From Thermoanaerobaculia bacterium (GTDB lineage: Bacteria; Acidobacteriota; Thermoanaerobaculia; Multivoradales; UBA5704): a DNA stretch of 64,000 bases. Below are positions 22,173-31,400 of the stretch, piece by piece. The notes below the pieces were generated by a model. That model searched no databases and had not been told where the DNA came from. It worked only from the letters and a program-made list of their open reading frames with translations. Position 1 is the first letter of the stretch, and each line of letters begins with the position of its first letter. Position numbers and translations under genes: made by a program. The stretch is taken from positions 26,424 to 90,423 of the forward strand of contig JBBSBW010000006.1 in NCBI GenBank assembly GCA_038250865.1, read 5' to 3'.

Positions 22173-22479
22173 ATCGATCCAACCCTGTCAGGCTAAGTCA
22201 TCCATCGGCGCGGGAACTTCTGGGTACGGATCGAGATCCTCGCCGAGGGAACCCATGGCGGCGAGAAAAGGTGCGGAAACCCCAGCGGAACGGTCCGGCA
22301 GAGATGCACGATGCGCCGCCGCAGGGCAACCGCCTGCTCGTCGGGGCCGGTCGCCCGCCGGTAGATCTCTCGCCACGCTTAGACCTCGCCCCGGTCGAGA
22401 ATCTGAGCCAGCACCTCGTCGCTAAGGAGGTTGGCGCCGTTCCGATTCCAGAGAGCTTGGGAGCGAGACAGATCGAAGC

Positions 22480-22893
22480 TCATGGCGCTGCCTCTTCGGA
22501 AGCAAGGAACGGTCCGGCCAGCGCCTTGGCTTTGATCCGCGCCATCTCGGCGAGCGTGGGGATCCGCAAACCCGCGACCTCCTCGGTTTCCAGCGGGCGG
22601 ACGCGGCGCAACTGGCGGATTCCGGTGAGAATGCCGTCGAGCCTTCCCAGAATGAGCACGGGACGGCGCACCCGCGCGGTTCGCCACCCGGCGACCTCCT
22701 CGAGGTCGCTGAGCACCTGGTCGAACCGGTCGCTCAGGTCGGCCACCACGTGATCGCCATCAACACTCACGCGGTGCCCGGGTTGAAGTGCCGCCGCCGT
22801 TCCTCCCACCAAGACGGCGTCCGGCACGATCGCCTGAAGATGGCGCTCGGCCGCAAGCAAGCGCTCCCAATCCGGGATCTCTTCATTTCTCAC
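22480..22893 (-). pseudogene. Truncated AbiEii-like nucleotidyltransferase fragment (possible TA-toxin remnant)
   Basis: The 137-aa ORF carries the N-terminal motif LVGGTAAAL...HRVSVDGDHVV, resembling the AbiEii GGTAL...R-S-DID core. Full-length AbiEii is about 250-300 aa. A 34-aa ORF (22379-22483) overlaps its stop by ATGA in another frame. No AbiEi partner is present. Confidence 0.3.
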
Positions 22894-23040
22894 GGTCTAA
22901 GAGTACCTCTGCGGCCCCCGAAAGACGACCCGGGGGTGCTTCCGGTCCAGCCTCTCCGTCGCGTAATCTACACGGCAGCCTGTTCATGGTGTCCTTCGCT
23001 TTCGTGGTCGGCACTGACCAAGCCGGCTCGTGCGAGGGTC

Positions 23041-23077
23041 CGAGGAAAAGAGGGTGGGGCCCGCGAAGCCCCACCCT
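23041..23077 (-). terminator. Rho-independent terminator for the 120-aa hypothetical gene
   Basis: Perfect 10-bp stem AGGGTGGGGC/GCCCCACCCT with a 7-nt loop, followed on the minus strand by CTTTTCC. Confidence 0.45.
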
Positions 23078-23187
23078 CGAACTTTCTACAGCTACCTCTT
23101 TTGATCTCGACTTGGATCGATGGGTGTGTCCTGCCTGCAGGCCGCGGGAGCTCCCTTTGGACGGTGCGCACGGCACACCCTGCGAGA

Positions 23188-23550
23188 TCAGTTTTCCGCC
23201 GTGGGCTTCGCCTCCTTCTTCTTACGGCCGCGCTTGGCCCGGTGCTCGGAGCGGATGTTGAAGCTTTCGAGAACCGGGTTGGCCCAACCGTATTGAGCGC
23301 GGGCGACCGCCGCGAGCTTCCGGAAGCCTTCGCTGGCCTCCTTGTTCTGCCGTCGGCGAAGGACCAACGCATCCGTCAGCTGGCCGCGGAGCATCTGACA
23401 GGTTTCCTGGGTGGTGCGGAGCGCGTCGACCCGGCGGCGGATTTCGGCGAGGTGAGCCTCGCCGCCCGGGATGCCGGGAATCGCCTCCTGGATGTTCTGG
23501 ATCGTCACGTCGCACTGGTTGATCTTGGCCCCGAACGTCGTGTCTTTCAT
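23188..23550 (-). CDS. Hypothetical protein (120 aa) with a strongly basic C-terminal tail
   Basis: AAGGAGG RBS 5 nt before ATG (MKDTTFGAKINQ...). Predicted helical, ending RAKRGRKKKEAKPTAEN. No family recognised. Confidence 0.5.
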   Translation of the reverse strand: MKDTTFGAKINQCDVTIQNIQEAIPGIPGGEAHLAEIRRRVDALRTTQETCQMLRGQLTDALVLRRRQNKEASEGFRKLAAVARAQYGWANPVLESFNIRSEHRAKRGRKKKEAKPTAEN

Positions 23551-23724
23551 ACTGCCTCCTTGTGAGAAAACGAACCGCGAAATGCGGCCCGGTGGTGCCG
23601 ATTGGACCCCGACAAACATCACGCTACAGACCCTAACGGACACACCCCTGAGAAAACGATAGGTCGGCGAAGATTCTTTTTCGCCCGTGGCGAAGAGGCT
23701 CAGAGAAGGGACGTGAAGCTTCGC

Positions 23725-24040
23725 GGAATTCGATTTTCCGGGAGAGAAATTCGATTTCGCGGACGAGAAAATCGATTTTCCGGACCGGGTGAACGATTTC
23801 GCCGGTGAGAAAATCGATTTTCCAGCCGGGAAAACTGATTTCGCGAGCCAGAAGAACGCTTTTGCGGGTGGGAAATTCGATTTCGCGGGTGAGAAAATCG
23901 ATTTCGCGAGCCGGATGAACGATTTCGCCGACCAGGAATTCGAATTTCTCGGCGGGAAAAACGAATTCGCCGACGAGAAAATTGAATTTCCGGGCCGGAT
24001 GAACGATTTCGCGGGTCGAAAAATCGATTTCGCCGACCGA
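23725..24040. repeat. Non-coding tandem array of 15 units of about 21 bp, each carrying the palindrome AAATCGATTT
   Basis: Units such as GAGAAAATCGATTTCGCGGAC repeat head-to-tail with 20-22 bp spacing. The reading frame is not conserved across units and no minus-strand ORF covers it. The plus-strand ORF 23789-24427 is a repeat artefact running antisense into marR. Confidence 0.85.
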
Positions 24041-24070
24041 ATGGACGGGGCGTCCGAAGCTCGGCGGCGG

Positions 24071-24484
24071 CTACGAGTCCCGCCCCAGTTCGGCCAAAAG
24101 CTCGGCCAGCTCCGGTCCGATGCGCCGCAACTCGGCGCGGTGCGCGGCGGCGAGGCTTGCCAGTGCGCTTCGCCCTTCGGTGGTGAGACGAACGCGGACT
24201 TGGCGGCGATCGTTGTCGGAGCGCACGCGTTCGACCAAATCCTTGGCGGCCAAGCGATCGACCAGACCTACGGCGCTGTGAGGGCGCACCGCGAGTTCGA
24301 TCGCGATCTCGCCGATCGTCATCGGCTCGTCCTGTACCCCCCTGAGCGCGAGGAGAGCCTGATGCTGCTGCGGCGTCAGGCCCGCGAGGCGCGCGGCCTC
24401 TTCGCTGAACCGGAGAAAACGCCGTAGAGAGGCGCGGAATCGCGCCAACATGCGGAACTGTCCGTCGCTCACCGGTTCGGGCAC
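24071..24484 (-). CDS. MarR family transcriptional regulator
   Basis: Winged-HTH MarR signature (LTPQQHQALLAL...MTIGEIAIELAVRPHSAVGLVDRLAAKDLVERVRSDNDRRQVRVRLTTEG). Confidence 0.85.
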   Translation of the reverse strand: MPEPVSDGQFRMLARFRASLRRFLRFSEEAARLAGLTPQQHQALLALRGVQDEPMTIGEIAIELAVRPHSAVGLVDRLAAKDLVERVRSDNDRRQVRVRLTTEGRSALASLAAAHRAELRRIGPELAELLAELGRDS

Positions 24485-24577
24485 GGCGACATTCTACTTC
24501 TCGCTTCTATCGTTCTACGATATATATTCCCTGCGCCGCGATTTTTCGTCCGCACCCTTTGGAGGTCACTTGAAGCG

Positions 24578-26407
24578 ATGACCGTTGACGATTCCGCCCG
24601 CCCAGGGCTTCACGCATCGCGCGACAGGCTGGCCGACTTCAGCACCGACCGCCGGGTTCTCGTGCTGGCCGGCCTGGCGGCGCTGATCGGGTTGCTCGCG
24701 GCCTTCGTCGCCTCCGCGTTGGTCTGGTTGATCGCCGTCATCACCAACCTCGCCTACTACCAGCGCTTTTCGTCGCACTTCACGTCGCCGGCAGGCAACA
24801 CTCTTGGCTATTGGGCCGTGCTCGTTCCCGTTGTCGGCGGCCTGGTGATCGGCTTCATGGCGCGCTACGGCTCGGAGAAGATTCGAGGCCATGGAATCCC
24901 CGAGGCCTTGGAAGCCATCCTCATCGGGCGCAGCCGGGTCGAGCCGAAGGTCGCGCTGCTCAAGCCGGTCTCGTCCGCGATCTCCATCGGCACCGGCGGG
25001 CCGTTCGGCGCCGAAGGCCCGATCATCATGACCGGGGGCGCCGTGGGCTCCCTGGTGGCACAGCTCTTTCACCTGTCGTCCGCGGAACGCAAGACCTTGC
25101 TGGTCGCAGGTGCCGCCGCGGGTATGGCCGCCATTTTCGCGACGCCGATGGCGGCGGTGTTGCTCGCGGTGGAGTTGCTGCTTTTCGAGTGGAAGCCGCG
25201 GAGCTTCATTCCGGTCGCCGTGGCCTCCGTCATCGCGGCGCTCGTCCGGGTGCCGCTCCTGGGCGCGGGACCGATCTTTCCCGTTCCCGCGCACGCCGCG
25301 CTGGGCGCCGAGGCGATCGGCTTCGCGGTTCTCGTCGGCCTCGCGGCGGGACTGGCATCGGGTCTGCTGACCGCGCTCGTCTATGCTTTCGAGGATCTTT
25401 TCGCCAAGCTCCCGCTGCACTGGATGTGGTGGCCGATCCTCGGGGGGCTCGCGGTCGGCATCGGCGGCTTGCTCGACCCGCGCGTATTGGGCGTGGGGTA
25501 CGACACCATCCAGGACCTCCTCGGCGGCCATCTCGTAGGCGGCTCGGCGGCGATGCTGCTGTTGCTCAAGGCGGTGGTCTGGTCCGTGGCTCTGGGCTCG
25601 GGCACGTCGGGAGGCGTGCTCGCGCCTCTGCTCATCATGGGCGGCGGCTTGGGCGCTCTCGAATCGTCGCTCCTGCCGGTGGGCGACGCCGGCCTTTGGG
25701 CCATGGTCAGCATGTCCGCGATGATGGGCGGAACGATGCGCTCGCCATTGACGGCGATTCTTTTCGCCGCCGAGCTGACCCACGACTGGAACGTCTTGCC
25801 GGCCCTGTTGGTGGGTTCGGTGGCCGCGCACGGCGTGACCGTCCTGCTGCTCCGTCGCTCGATTCTGACCGAGAAAATCGCCCGCCGCGGCCTTCACCTG
25901 GTGCGCGAATACAGCGTGGACCCTTTCGAAGTGCATCGCATCGGCGAGGTCATGGACAGGAACCTGGTCACGATTCCAGAATCGATGACCGTCGGAGAGC
26001 TGGCGGCGCAGATCGCCGCCGGCAATTCCGCGCTCGGGGACCGTCAGGGCATCCCGATCCTTGATGGGGAGGGGGCGTTGTCCGGAATCATCACGCGCAG
26101 CGATCTCATGCGGGCATTGGAGGACGACCAAGGAAGGGGCGCGAGCGTATTGGACGCCGGGACCCGAAACCTCATCGTCGCCTTTCCGGACGAACTCCTG
26201 CGAGACGCGGTCGGGCGGATGCTCGGAAACGACATCGGCCGGCTGCCAATCGTCGCTCGCGACGCCCCTCGGCGGCTGGTGGGTTATCTGGGCCGGGCCG
26301 GAATCATGCGGGCCCGCGTGCGCTTGCACGAGGAGGAAAACCTGCGCGAGCGCGGTCAGCGCGCGAGCGTCAGCTCCTTGACCGACACCCGTTTGGGCTC
26401 GGGGTAA
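24578..26407 (+). CDS. ClC-family chloride/anion channel or H+/anion exchanger with C-terminal CBS pair
   Basis: ClC selectivity-filter motifs GHGIPE and GTGGPFGAEGP, about 10-12 TM helices, two CBS domains at the C-terminus. Confidence 0.9.
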   Translation: MTVDDSARPGLHASRDRLADFSTDRRVLVLAGLAALIGLLAAFVASALVWLIAVITNLAYYQRFSSHFTSPAGNTLGYWAVLVPVVGGLVIGFMARYGSEKIRGHGIPEALEAILIGRSRVEPKVALLKPVSSAISIGTGGPFGAEGPIIMTGGAVGSLVAQLFHLSSAERKTLLVAGAAAGMAAIFATPMAAVLLAVELLLFEWKPRSFIPVAVASVIAALVRVPLLGAGPIFPVPAHAALGAEAIGFAVLVGLAAGLASGLLTALVYAFEDLFAKLPLHWMWWPILGGLAVGIGGLLDPRVLGVGYDTIQDLLGGHLVGGSAAMLLLLKAVVWSVALGSGTSGGVLAPLLIMGGGLGALESSLLPVGDAGLWAMVSMSAMMGGTMRSPLTAILFAAELTHDWNVLPALLVGSVAAHGVTVLLLRRSILTEKIARRGLHLVREYSVDPFEVHRIGEVMDRNLVTIPESMTVGELAAQIAAGNSALGDRQGIPILDGEGALSGIITRSDLMRALEDDQGRGASVLDAGTRNLIVAFPDELLRDAVGRMLGNDIGRLPIVARDAPRRLVGYLGRAGIMRARVRLHEEENLRERGQRASVSSLTDTRLGSG

Positions 26408-28806
26408 GGGACGGTTTCGCCGCGGATCGCGCTCCAGAGGATGCGGTTGAACAGGTCGTCGTCCGAGGCGTCCGGGATGTCCAGGTTGAGCCGGGCCGAG
26501 GCTTGCGCGGCGGGGCCGGCGGCGGGGTTCAGCTCGTCGAGCGGCACCGGGGGAACGAGGGGGTGGTAGGGGGTGAGGTCCGCCTCGGTGCCGAAGATCT
26601 CGCGCAGCGGCCGGCCGTAGTGGTCGAACTGCGAGAGGTTTCCGAGGTGGAGGATCTCCTCGATCGTCGCCAGTACGTCGGTCGTATTGACGAAACGGTG
26701 GCTGACCCCTCCCTTGTTGTAGGCCGAGATCGCGAGCATCACGCTGCGGTGGGAGTCGACGTGATCGGGTCCCGCCTGCGCGTCGTCTTCGAGCGCGAAG
26801 ATCACCGTGTTCTTCCAGAACGGGCTCGCCGAGAGCGCTTCGACGATCCGGCCGAGCGCGAGGTCGTTGTCCGCCATGTGGGCGCGCGGCGTCATCTGCC
26901 CCGGCCGGGCGCCCGAGGTGTGGTCGCTCGGCAGGTGGAGAATCTGGAGCGCCGGCATCTTGCCCGCCACGACGAAGCCGTTGAAGTCGCGCAGCCAGAC
27001 CGCCAGCCGTTTCTGATCGGGGATCGTCATGTCGAACGCCGGATAGTCGGGGCTGGTGTAGGGGCGCAAGGCCGCCTTGGTCGAGCGGTAGGTGACGGGG
27101 TTTGAATCCTTCACCGGCTCGGCGTACTCGCCGTAGACGCGCAGGCTCAGGTGTTTCGCGATCGCCAGGTTCCACAGGTAACCGCTCGCGGAATCCTCTT
27201 CGTCGCCGTCCTCTTCGCGGCCGGGGCGGCGGTCGGAATAGACCGAGGAAACCGTCTTTTCGGTGAAATCGGTGACGTAGGCGGCGGTCGACCAGGGGTG
27301 CCCCTGGGAGCTGACCTCGGCGTTGACGAAGAATCGGTCGAACAGGCCGAAGCGCTCGGCGAGCGCATGGTGGTTGGGCGAGACCTCGCGCGGGAAGAAC
27401 AGGAGCGAGGTATCGCCGTCGCCTTGGGGCAGATCGCCGAAGATCTGGTCGTAGGTGCGGTTTTCCTTGACGATGTAGATCACGTGCTCGAAGGGGGGAT
27501 AGGCGGCGGCCGAACGGGTGCGATCCCAGCCGTTCGCGCGGGTTACCCTTGCCGTGAGCGCGGGCAGGTCGCTTAGCGCCGCTTCGGGGATCACCGAGAG
27601 CGCGCCGTTCAACTGGCCGAGGGTGTAGTCGTGGGATCCCTTGATGAGTTTGTCCGGAGGCTGCTGCATACCGCGGTTCGGCCCGGTACCGCGCCCTTTG
27701 GCGTCGATCACTAGCAGGTCGCCGCGGTCGGCGAGCACCGCCGTCGGGTACCAGCCGACCGGAATCCGCCCGGCGAGCTTGTCCGTGTTGCCCTTGGCCT
27801 TCTTCGTCGCCGAGAGACCGGCGACCCCCGACGTGCGGGAAGACAGATCGAAAACGGCGACGGCGTTCGCGTCGGCCTCGGCGACGAACAGCCGTCGGCC
27901 GTCTTTTGAAAACGCGAGCGCATTGGGCGTCGAGCCCTCGTGCGGACCGGCCGGCGGCGGATCGAGGAGCGTCGCGATCACCTTTCGGCGCGCCGTATCG
28001 ACCACGGCCACCCGGTCGGTGCTCGCCGAGGCGACGAACAGGCGCGTGCCGCTCGGATTCAAGAGGAGGGCCGAGGGGTGGCGGCCGACGGCGACCGAAC
28101 CCGCGCTCCGAAGCTTGCCGTCTTTGCCCGGACGGAAGATCGCGACGCCGTCTCCCCCCCAGGCCGAAACGTAGACGGCACCGCTCGGCGCCACCGCGAC
28201 GGCGTAGGGGTAGAGCCCCGTGGCCGGCCGTTCGAGCACCTTGCCGGTCGCGGCATCGAGGACGGCGAGAGTATCCGAGAGGTTTTCGGCGACGTAGAGC
28301 CGGGCGCCGTCGGGTGAGATCGCGAGACCCGCGGCGTAGCGGGTGGCATCTTTCCCTTCGGCCTTCTCCGCCAGGACGAACGGCGGCAGCGCTTTCGCAC
28401 TTTGGCCGTCCCAGGCGTAGCGATAGACGACGTCCGCGTCGCCACCGGAGGTGTAGAGCGTCTTGCCATCCTTAGAAAACGCGAGACCGAGAAACGCCGC
28501 CGCCTGGGGAAGCGTCTGCAAGACAGCGCCGGAGCGGCGATCGACCACCTGGATGCCCTGCTCGCGCCAGCCGCTCGACAACACGATCAACCGCTCGCCG
28601 CCCGGGGCGAGGAGGGCGTTGATCGGCAGGTTGCCCAGATCGTACAGCTCGCCCGCCGGATCGAGCTGCGCCCCGGTGGGCAGGCGCGCGATGTCGGGTG
28701 GGTCGGGTGGGGTAATGGGCGGCGTCCCGTCAGCGACCGCCGGGGCAAACACTGCACCGAGGAAAAAGGCGAAAGCGAGCGGGCGGAGGTTGTCTCGGAT
28801 CGGCAT
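26356..28806 (-). CDS. Secreted fusion protein: N-terminal YncE/YVTN-type beta-propeller plus C-terminal phosphoesterase (PlcN/AcpA family)
   Basis: Signal peptide, repeated blade motifs (LYVxxxxxDxVAVxD, six or more), then the phosphoesterase-family motif YIVKENRTYDQIFGDL...HPWSTAAYVTDFTEK. The 3' end overlaps the convergent ClC gene by about 50 bp. Confidence 0.75.
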   Translation of the reverse strand: MPIRDNLRPLAFAFFLGAVFAPAVADGTPPITPPDPPDIARLPTGAQLDPAGELYDLGNLPINALLAPGGERLIVLSSGWREQGIQVVDRRSGAVLQTLPQAAAFLGLAFSKDGKTLYTSGGDADVVYRYAWDGQSAKALPPFVLAEKAEGKDATRYAAGLAISPDGARLYVAENLSDTLAVLDAATGKVLERPATGLYPYAVAVAPSGAVYVSAWGGDGVAIFRPGKDGKLRSAGSVAVGRHPSALLLNPSGTRLFVASASTDRVAVVDTARRKVIATLLDPPPAGPHEGSTPNALAFSKDGRRLFVAEADANAVAVFDLSSRTSGVAGLSATKKAKGNTDKLAGRIPVGWYPTAVLADRGDLLVIDAKGRGTGPNRGMQQPPDKLIKGSHDYTLGQLNGALSVIPEAALSDLPALTARVTRANGWDRTRSAAAYPPFEHVIYIVKENRTYDQIFGDLPQGDGDTSLLFFPREVSPNHHALAERFGLFDRFFVNAEVSSQGHPWSTAAYVTDFTEKTVSSVYSDRRPGREEDGDEEDSASGYLWNLAIAKHLSLRVYGEYAEPVKDSNPVTYRSTKAALRPYTSPDYPAFDMTIPDQKRLAVWLRDFNGFVVAGKMPALQILHLPSDHTSGARPGQMTPRAHMADNDLALGRIVEALSASPFWKNTVIFALEDDAQAGPDHVDSHRSVMLAISAYNKGGVSHRFVNTTDVLATIEEILHLGNLSQFDHYGRPLREIFGTEADLTPYHPLVPPVPLDELNPAAGPAAQASARLNLDIPDASDDDLFNRILWSAIRGETVPYPEPKRVSVKELTLAR

Positions 28807-28860
28807 CTCCCGAGATTGCCCAAGAACTCGCCGAGATGCAAGGGGTGATCCCGGGTCGGG

Positions 28861-29928
28861 TCACTCCCGCCGATCCGTGCGGCCCCACCGCCACCAGGAG
28901 TGGACCATGCCCAACGCCGTTGCGGACCATGCCAGCAACGCCACCGGCAAGGTGGCGCGAGCGAGACCGGCGAGCGGTGCCATGGGAAGCGCCGCGGCGA
29001 GCTGCCAGGTGGCGGCGGCGTACATACCCAGCGGGAAGACCATCGCCCAATATTGTGGGTCGTAGGTAAGTGCGTACCGGCGCCAGAGGTGCCGCCAGGC
29101 GCCGAGAAGCAATAAAAGCGGAATCCACCAAGTGCCCGTCGCCCAGAAGAAAAGGGTGAAACCCCGCAGAAACGGCGCGAGATCGGAGACCAGCGGCGAG
29201 CGGTGGGCAACGAGCAACAACGTCGCGCCGGCAAGGGTTGAGATCGCCACCGCTCCCATGTTGATCCAGTAGGGCGGCGTGAGGGCGGCGGTCTCCAACT
29301 CGAGAAACGTGAAGCGATAGAAGATCAGCGTGATGATCGACAGATAGAGCATGCAACCGATCAAAAAGAAGACCAACGCGCCAAAGAGCGTCGCCGCCGC
29401 CGGCCATCCGAACGGATCCACCAGGCCGGCGCCCAAAATCGCGACGGATTGCGTGGACACCGTGGCCAGGAGCCAGGCACCGTTGATGCCCTGGCCGAGC
29501 GTCGGTTTCTTTTGCCGCACGATGACGGCGAGAAAGAACGAGTACATCACCAGCGCCCACAGACCGATCCCAACCGCGAAGAAGAACTCGGCGGCGCCTC
29601 GCCAGGAAGCGACGCGCAGACACTGGCTGCCGAGGACGTTCGTCGCCGCCACCAGGGTGAAGTACCCCGAGCCTCGGGCGTGATCGCCTAGATCTTCGAG
29701 CATCCGCCGGGGAAACGCGATCAACCGAGCGAGCGTCAGCGCCAGGAGGACCGCGTAGAAGACGAGGTTTAACCCGAGCAGCGGCCGGGCGATTCCTGGA
29801 AAGCCGAGGAGTTGGCAGGCGATTGAGACGATGCCCGTCGCCATCACCAGGGCGAAGTAACCCGGGAAGAGATTGGCGAGCGCTTGGCCGGCGCGACCGT
29901 GCGGCGGCTGATTCCTGTGCCAACTCAC
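28861..29928 (-). CDS. TehA/Mae1/SLAC1-family (TDT) anion transporter
   Basis: 10-TM protein with N-terminal LANLFPGYFALVMATGIVSIA, characteristic of the tellurite-resistance/C4-dicarboxylate transporter family. Confidence 0.8.
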   Translation of the reverse strand: MSWHRNQPPHGRAGQALANLFPGYFALVMATGIVSIACQLLGFPGIARPLLGLNLVFYAVLLALTLARLIAFPRRMLEDLGDHARGSGYFTLVAATNVLGSQCLRVASWRGAAEFFFAVGIGLWALVMYSFFLAVIVRQKKPTLGQGINGAWLLATVSTQSVAILGAGLVDPFGWPAAATLFGALVFFLIGCMLYLSIITLIFYRFTFLELETAALTPPYWINMGAVAISTLAGATLLLVAHRSPLVSDLAPFLRGFTLFFWATGTWWIPLLLLLGAWRHLWRRYALTYDPQYWAMVFPLGMYAAATWQLAAALPMAPLAGLARATLPVALLAWSATALGMVHSWWRWGRTDRRE

Positions 29929-29949
29929 CGGTTCGACCCCGTGCCGCTC

Positions 29950-30177
29950 TCAGCGGTCGAGCTGGTAGACATAGCGAAGCAGGCCGAGGATGAGCAGTAA
30001 GCAGGCCGCGCTGGCGGCCGCCGCGGGGAGCGCCGCGGTGTGATCGCCGCCGAGATAGGCGTTCATCGTCGCGGTGAAAAGCCAGAGCTGCAGCACCACG
30101 ATCAACACCACGATCGCGATGATGCCTGAAAGGATCGGGGTCTTCTGCGCCCGCGTGAAGCGCCGTCGGCCGTTCAC
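29950..30177 (-). CDS. Small two-TM membrane protein (75 aa)
   Basis: GTG start overlapping the Rieske stop (GTGA); two hydrophobic helices; no family recognised. Confidence 0.5.
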   Translation of the reverse strand: MNGRRRFTRAQKTPILSGIIAIVVLIVVLQLWLFTATMNAYLGGDHTAALPAAAASAACLLLILGLLRYVYQLDR

Positions 30178-30719
30178 GAGGTTCGCTCCGTGACCCCGAC
30201 GGCAAAGATCCGGTCACCGCGCACCTTGAGCTCGACTTTCGGCAGCGGCCGGCGCGGCGGGCCGGAGATCGTCCGCCCCGTTGCGAGGTCGAAGTTTCCG
30301 TTGTGGCAGGGGCAGTGGAATCGACCTTGCGCCACTTGCGGGATGACCGGGCAGGAGAGGTGTGTGCATCGTTGATCGAACGCCACCACCTCCTGCTCGC
30401 TCAAGCGCACCAAAAGCTTCGGCTGGCCCGGACCTGGATAGTCGAACTGCAGCGTCCCCCCGACCGGCAGATCCGAGAGACGGGCCACCAAGAGTTCGCG
30501 CGAATCGGCGCTCCCTCCGAACCAGCTCTTGGCGAGAATCCAGGCCTGGCCGGCGACGAAGGCGAAGCTGGTGAGGGCGAGGAACTTGGTAAATTCGCGA
30601 CGCGCGACGTAGTGGTCCTCCGGAACATCAATAGGAAAGTCCCGCCGCCACTTCGGCTGTTCTTCCATCGGCCGGCCGTCCGGGGCGATCGTGAGCTCGT
30701 CGGGGTCGCTGCGGCTCAT
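30174..30719 (-). CDS. Rieske [2Fe-2S] protein with N-terminal membrane anchor
   Basis: The start is reassigned to MSRSDPDEL (ATGA overlap with the ferredoxin stop). TM segment [17 protein letters not shown]; Rieske boxes CTHLSCPV and CPCHNGNF. Confidence 0.85.
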   Translation of the reverse strand: MSRSDPDELTIAPDGRPMEEQPKWRRDFPIDVPEDHYVARREFTKFLALTSFAFVAGQAWILAKSWFGGSADSRELLVARLSDLPVGGTLQFDYPGPGQPKLLVRLSEQEVVAFDQRCTHLSCPVIPQVAQGRFHCPCHNGNFDLATGRTISGPPRRPLPKVELKVRGDRIFAVGVTERTS

Positions 30720-31360
30720 GCGGAGCCCTCCTCGAAGTAATTCGCGAGCAAGGGATCGAGCGGCGGGGCGGTCGAGCCGCCCGGCTCTAACGGTGCCGTA
30801 ATCTGCAGCAGGTTCTCCGCGAACGACTTCGGCACGACCATTTTCACCTTGGTGGTCACCCGCTGGGCGCCGAAGCGGAACGTGTCGACCGGTTGCGAAT
30901 TGGGGCGCAGGCTCTCGAACTCTTCGCGGGTGCCGAAGTAGAGCGCTTGGCTCGGGCAGACCGAGGCGCACATCGGCTTCAAGCCTTGCGAAGTGCGGTC
31001 GTAGCACATGTCGCACTTCATCATCAGGTTGGCTTGGTCATGCATCTTCGGAACCCCGAACGGGCAGGCCAGCACGCAGTTGTTGCAGGCGATGCAGCGC
31101 GCTTTGCGGGCCGTCTGTACGACCCCGTCCTCGGTGCGCTTGATCGCGTCGGCCGGACAGACTTCGGCGCAGGTCGGCTGGTCGCAGTGCATGCAGATCA
31201 CCGGAACCGTCTGCGTTGAGCGCGAGCGGTCGATGAAGTCGAGCTGGATCATCGACAGCCCTTTGTGGGTGTCGCACTCCGAGCAGGCCTGGACGCAGGC
31301 GTTGCAGCCGATGCAGCGCGCCGGGTCGATGTAGAAGTTGTAGTCGGCGGGTACCGGCAT
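30716..31360 (-). CDS. Four-cluster [4Fe-4S] ferredoxin-type electron-transfer subunit (DmsB/FdhB/NrfC-like)
   Basis: Four CxxCxxCxxxCP-type motifs ([41 protein letters not shown]...CASVCP). Confidence 0.85.
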   Translation of the reverse strand: MPVPADYNFYIDPARCIGCNACVQACSECDTHKGLSMIQLDFIDRSRSTQTVPVICMHCDQPTCAEVCPADAIKRTEDGVVQTARKARCIACNNCVLACPFGVPKMHDQANLMMKCDMCYDRTSQGLKPMCASVCPSQALYFGTREEFESLRPNSQPVDTFRFGAQRVTTKVKMVVPKSFAENLLQITAPLEPGGSTAPPLDPLLANYFEEGSA

Positions 31361-31400
31361 CAGGGCGAGACTCCTCGGACGGGGAAAGAGCGAGAGCGGT

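Noticed and set aside
23725-24040. CRISPR array
   Set aside because: Repeats are directly contiguous with no unique spacers, the unit is only about 21 bp, and there are no cas genes in the window.
23789-24427. Plus-strand 212-aa ORF encoding a (E/G)KIDFA-type repeat peptide across the 21-bp array
   Set aside because: Unit lengths vary 20-22 bp, so the frame breaks inside the array (a second frame, 23602-23808, is needed to cover its start). The ORF runs antisense through the well-supported marR gene. It is a repeat-periodicity artefact.
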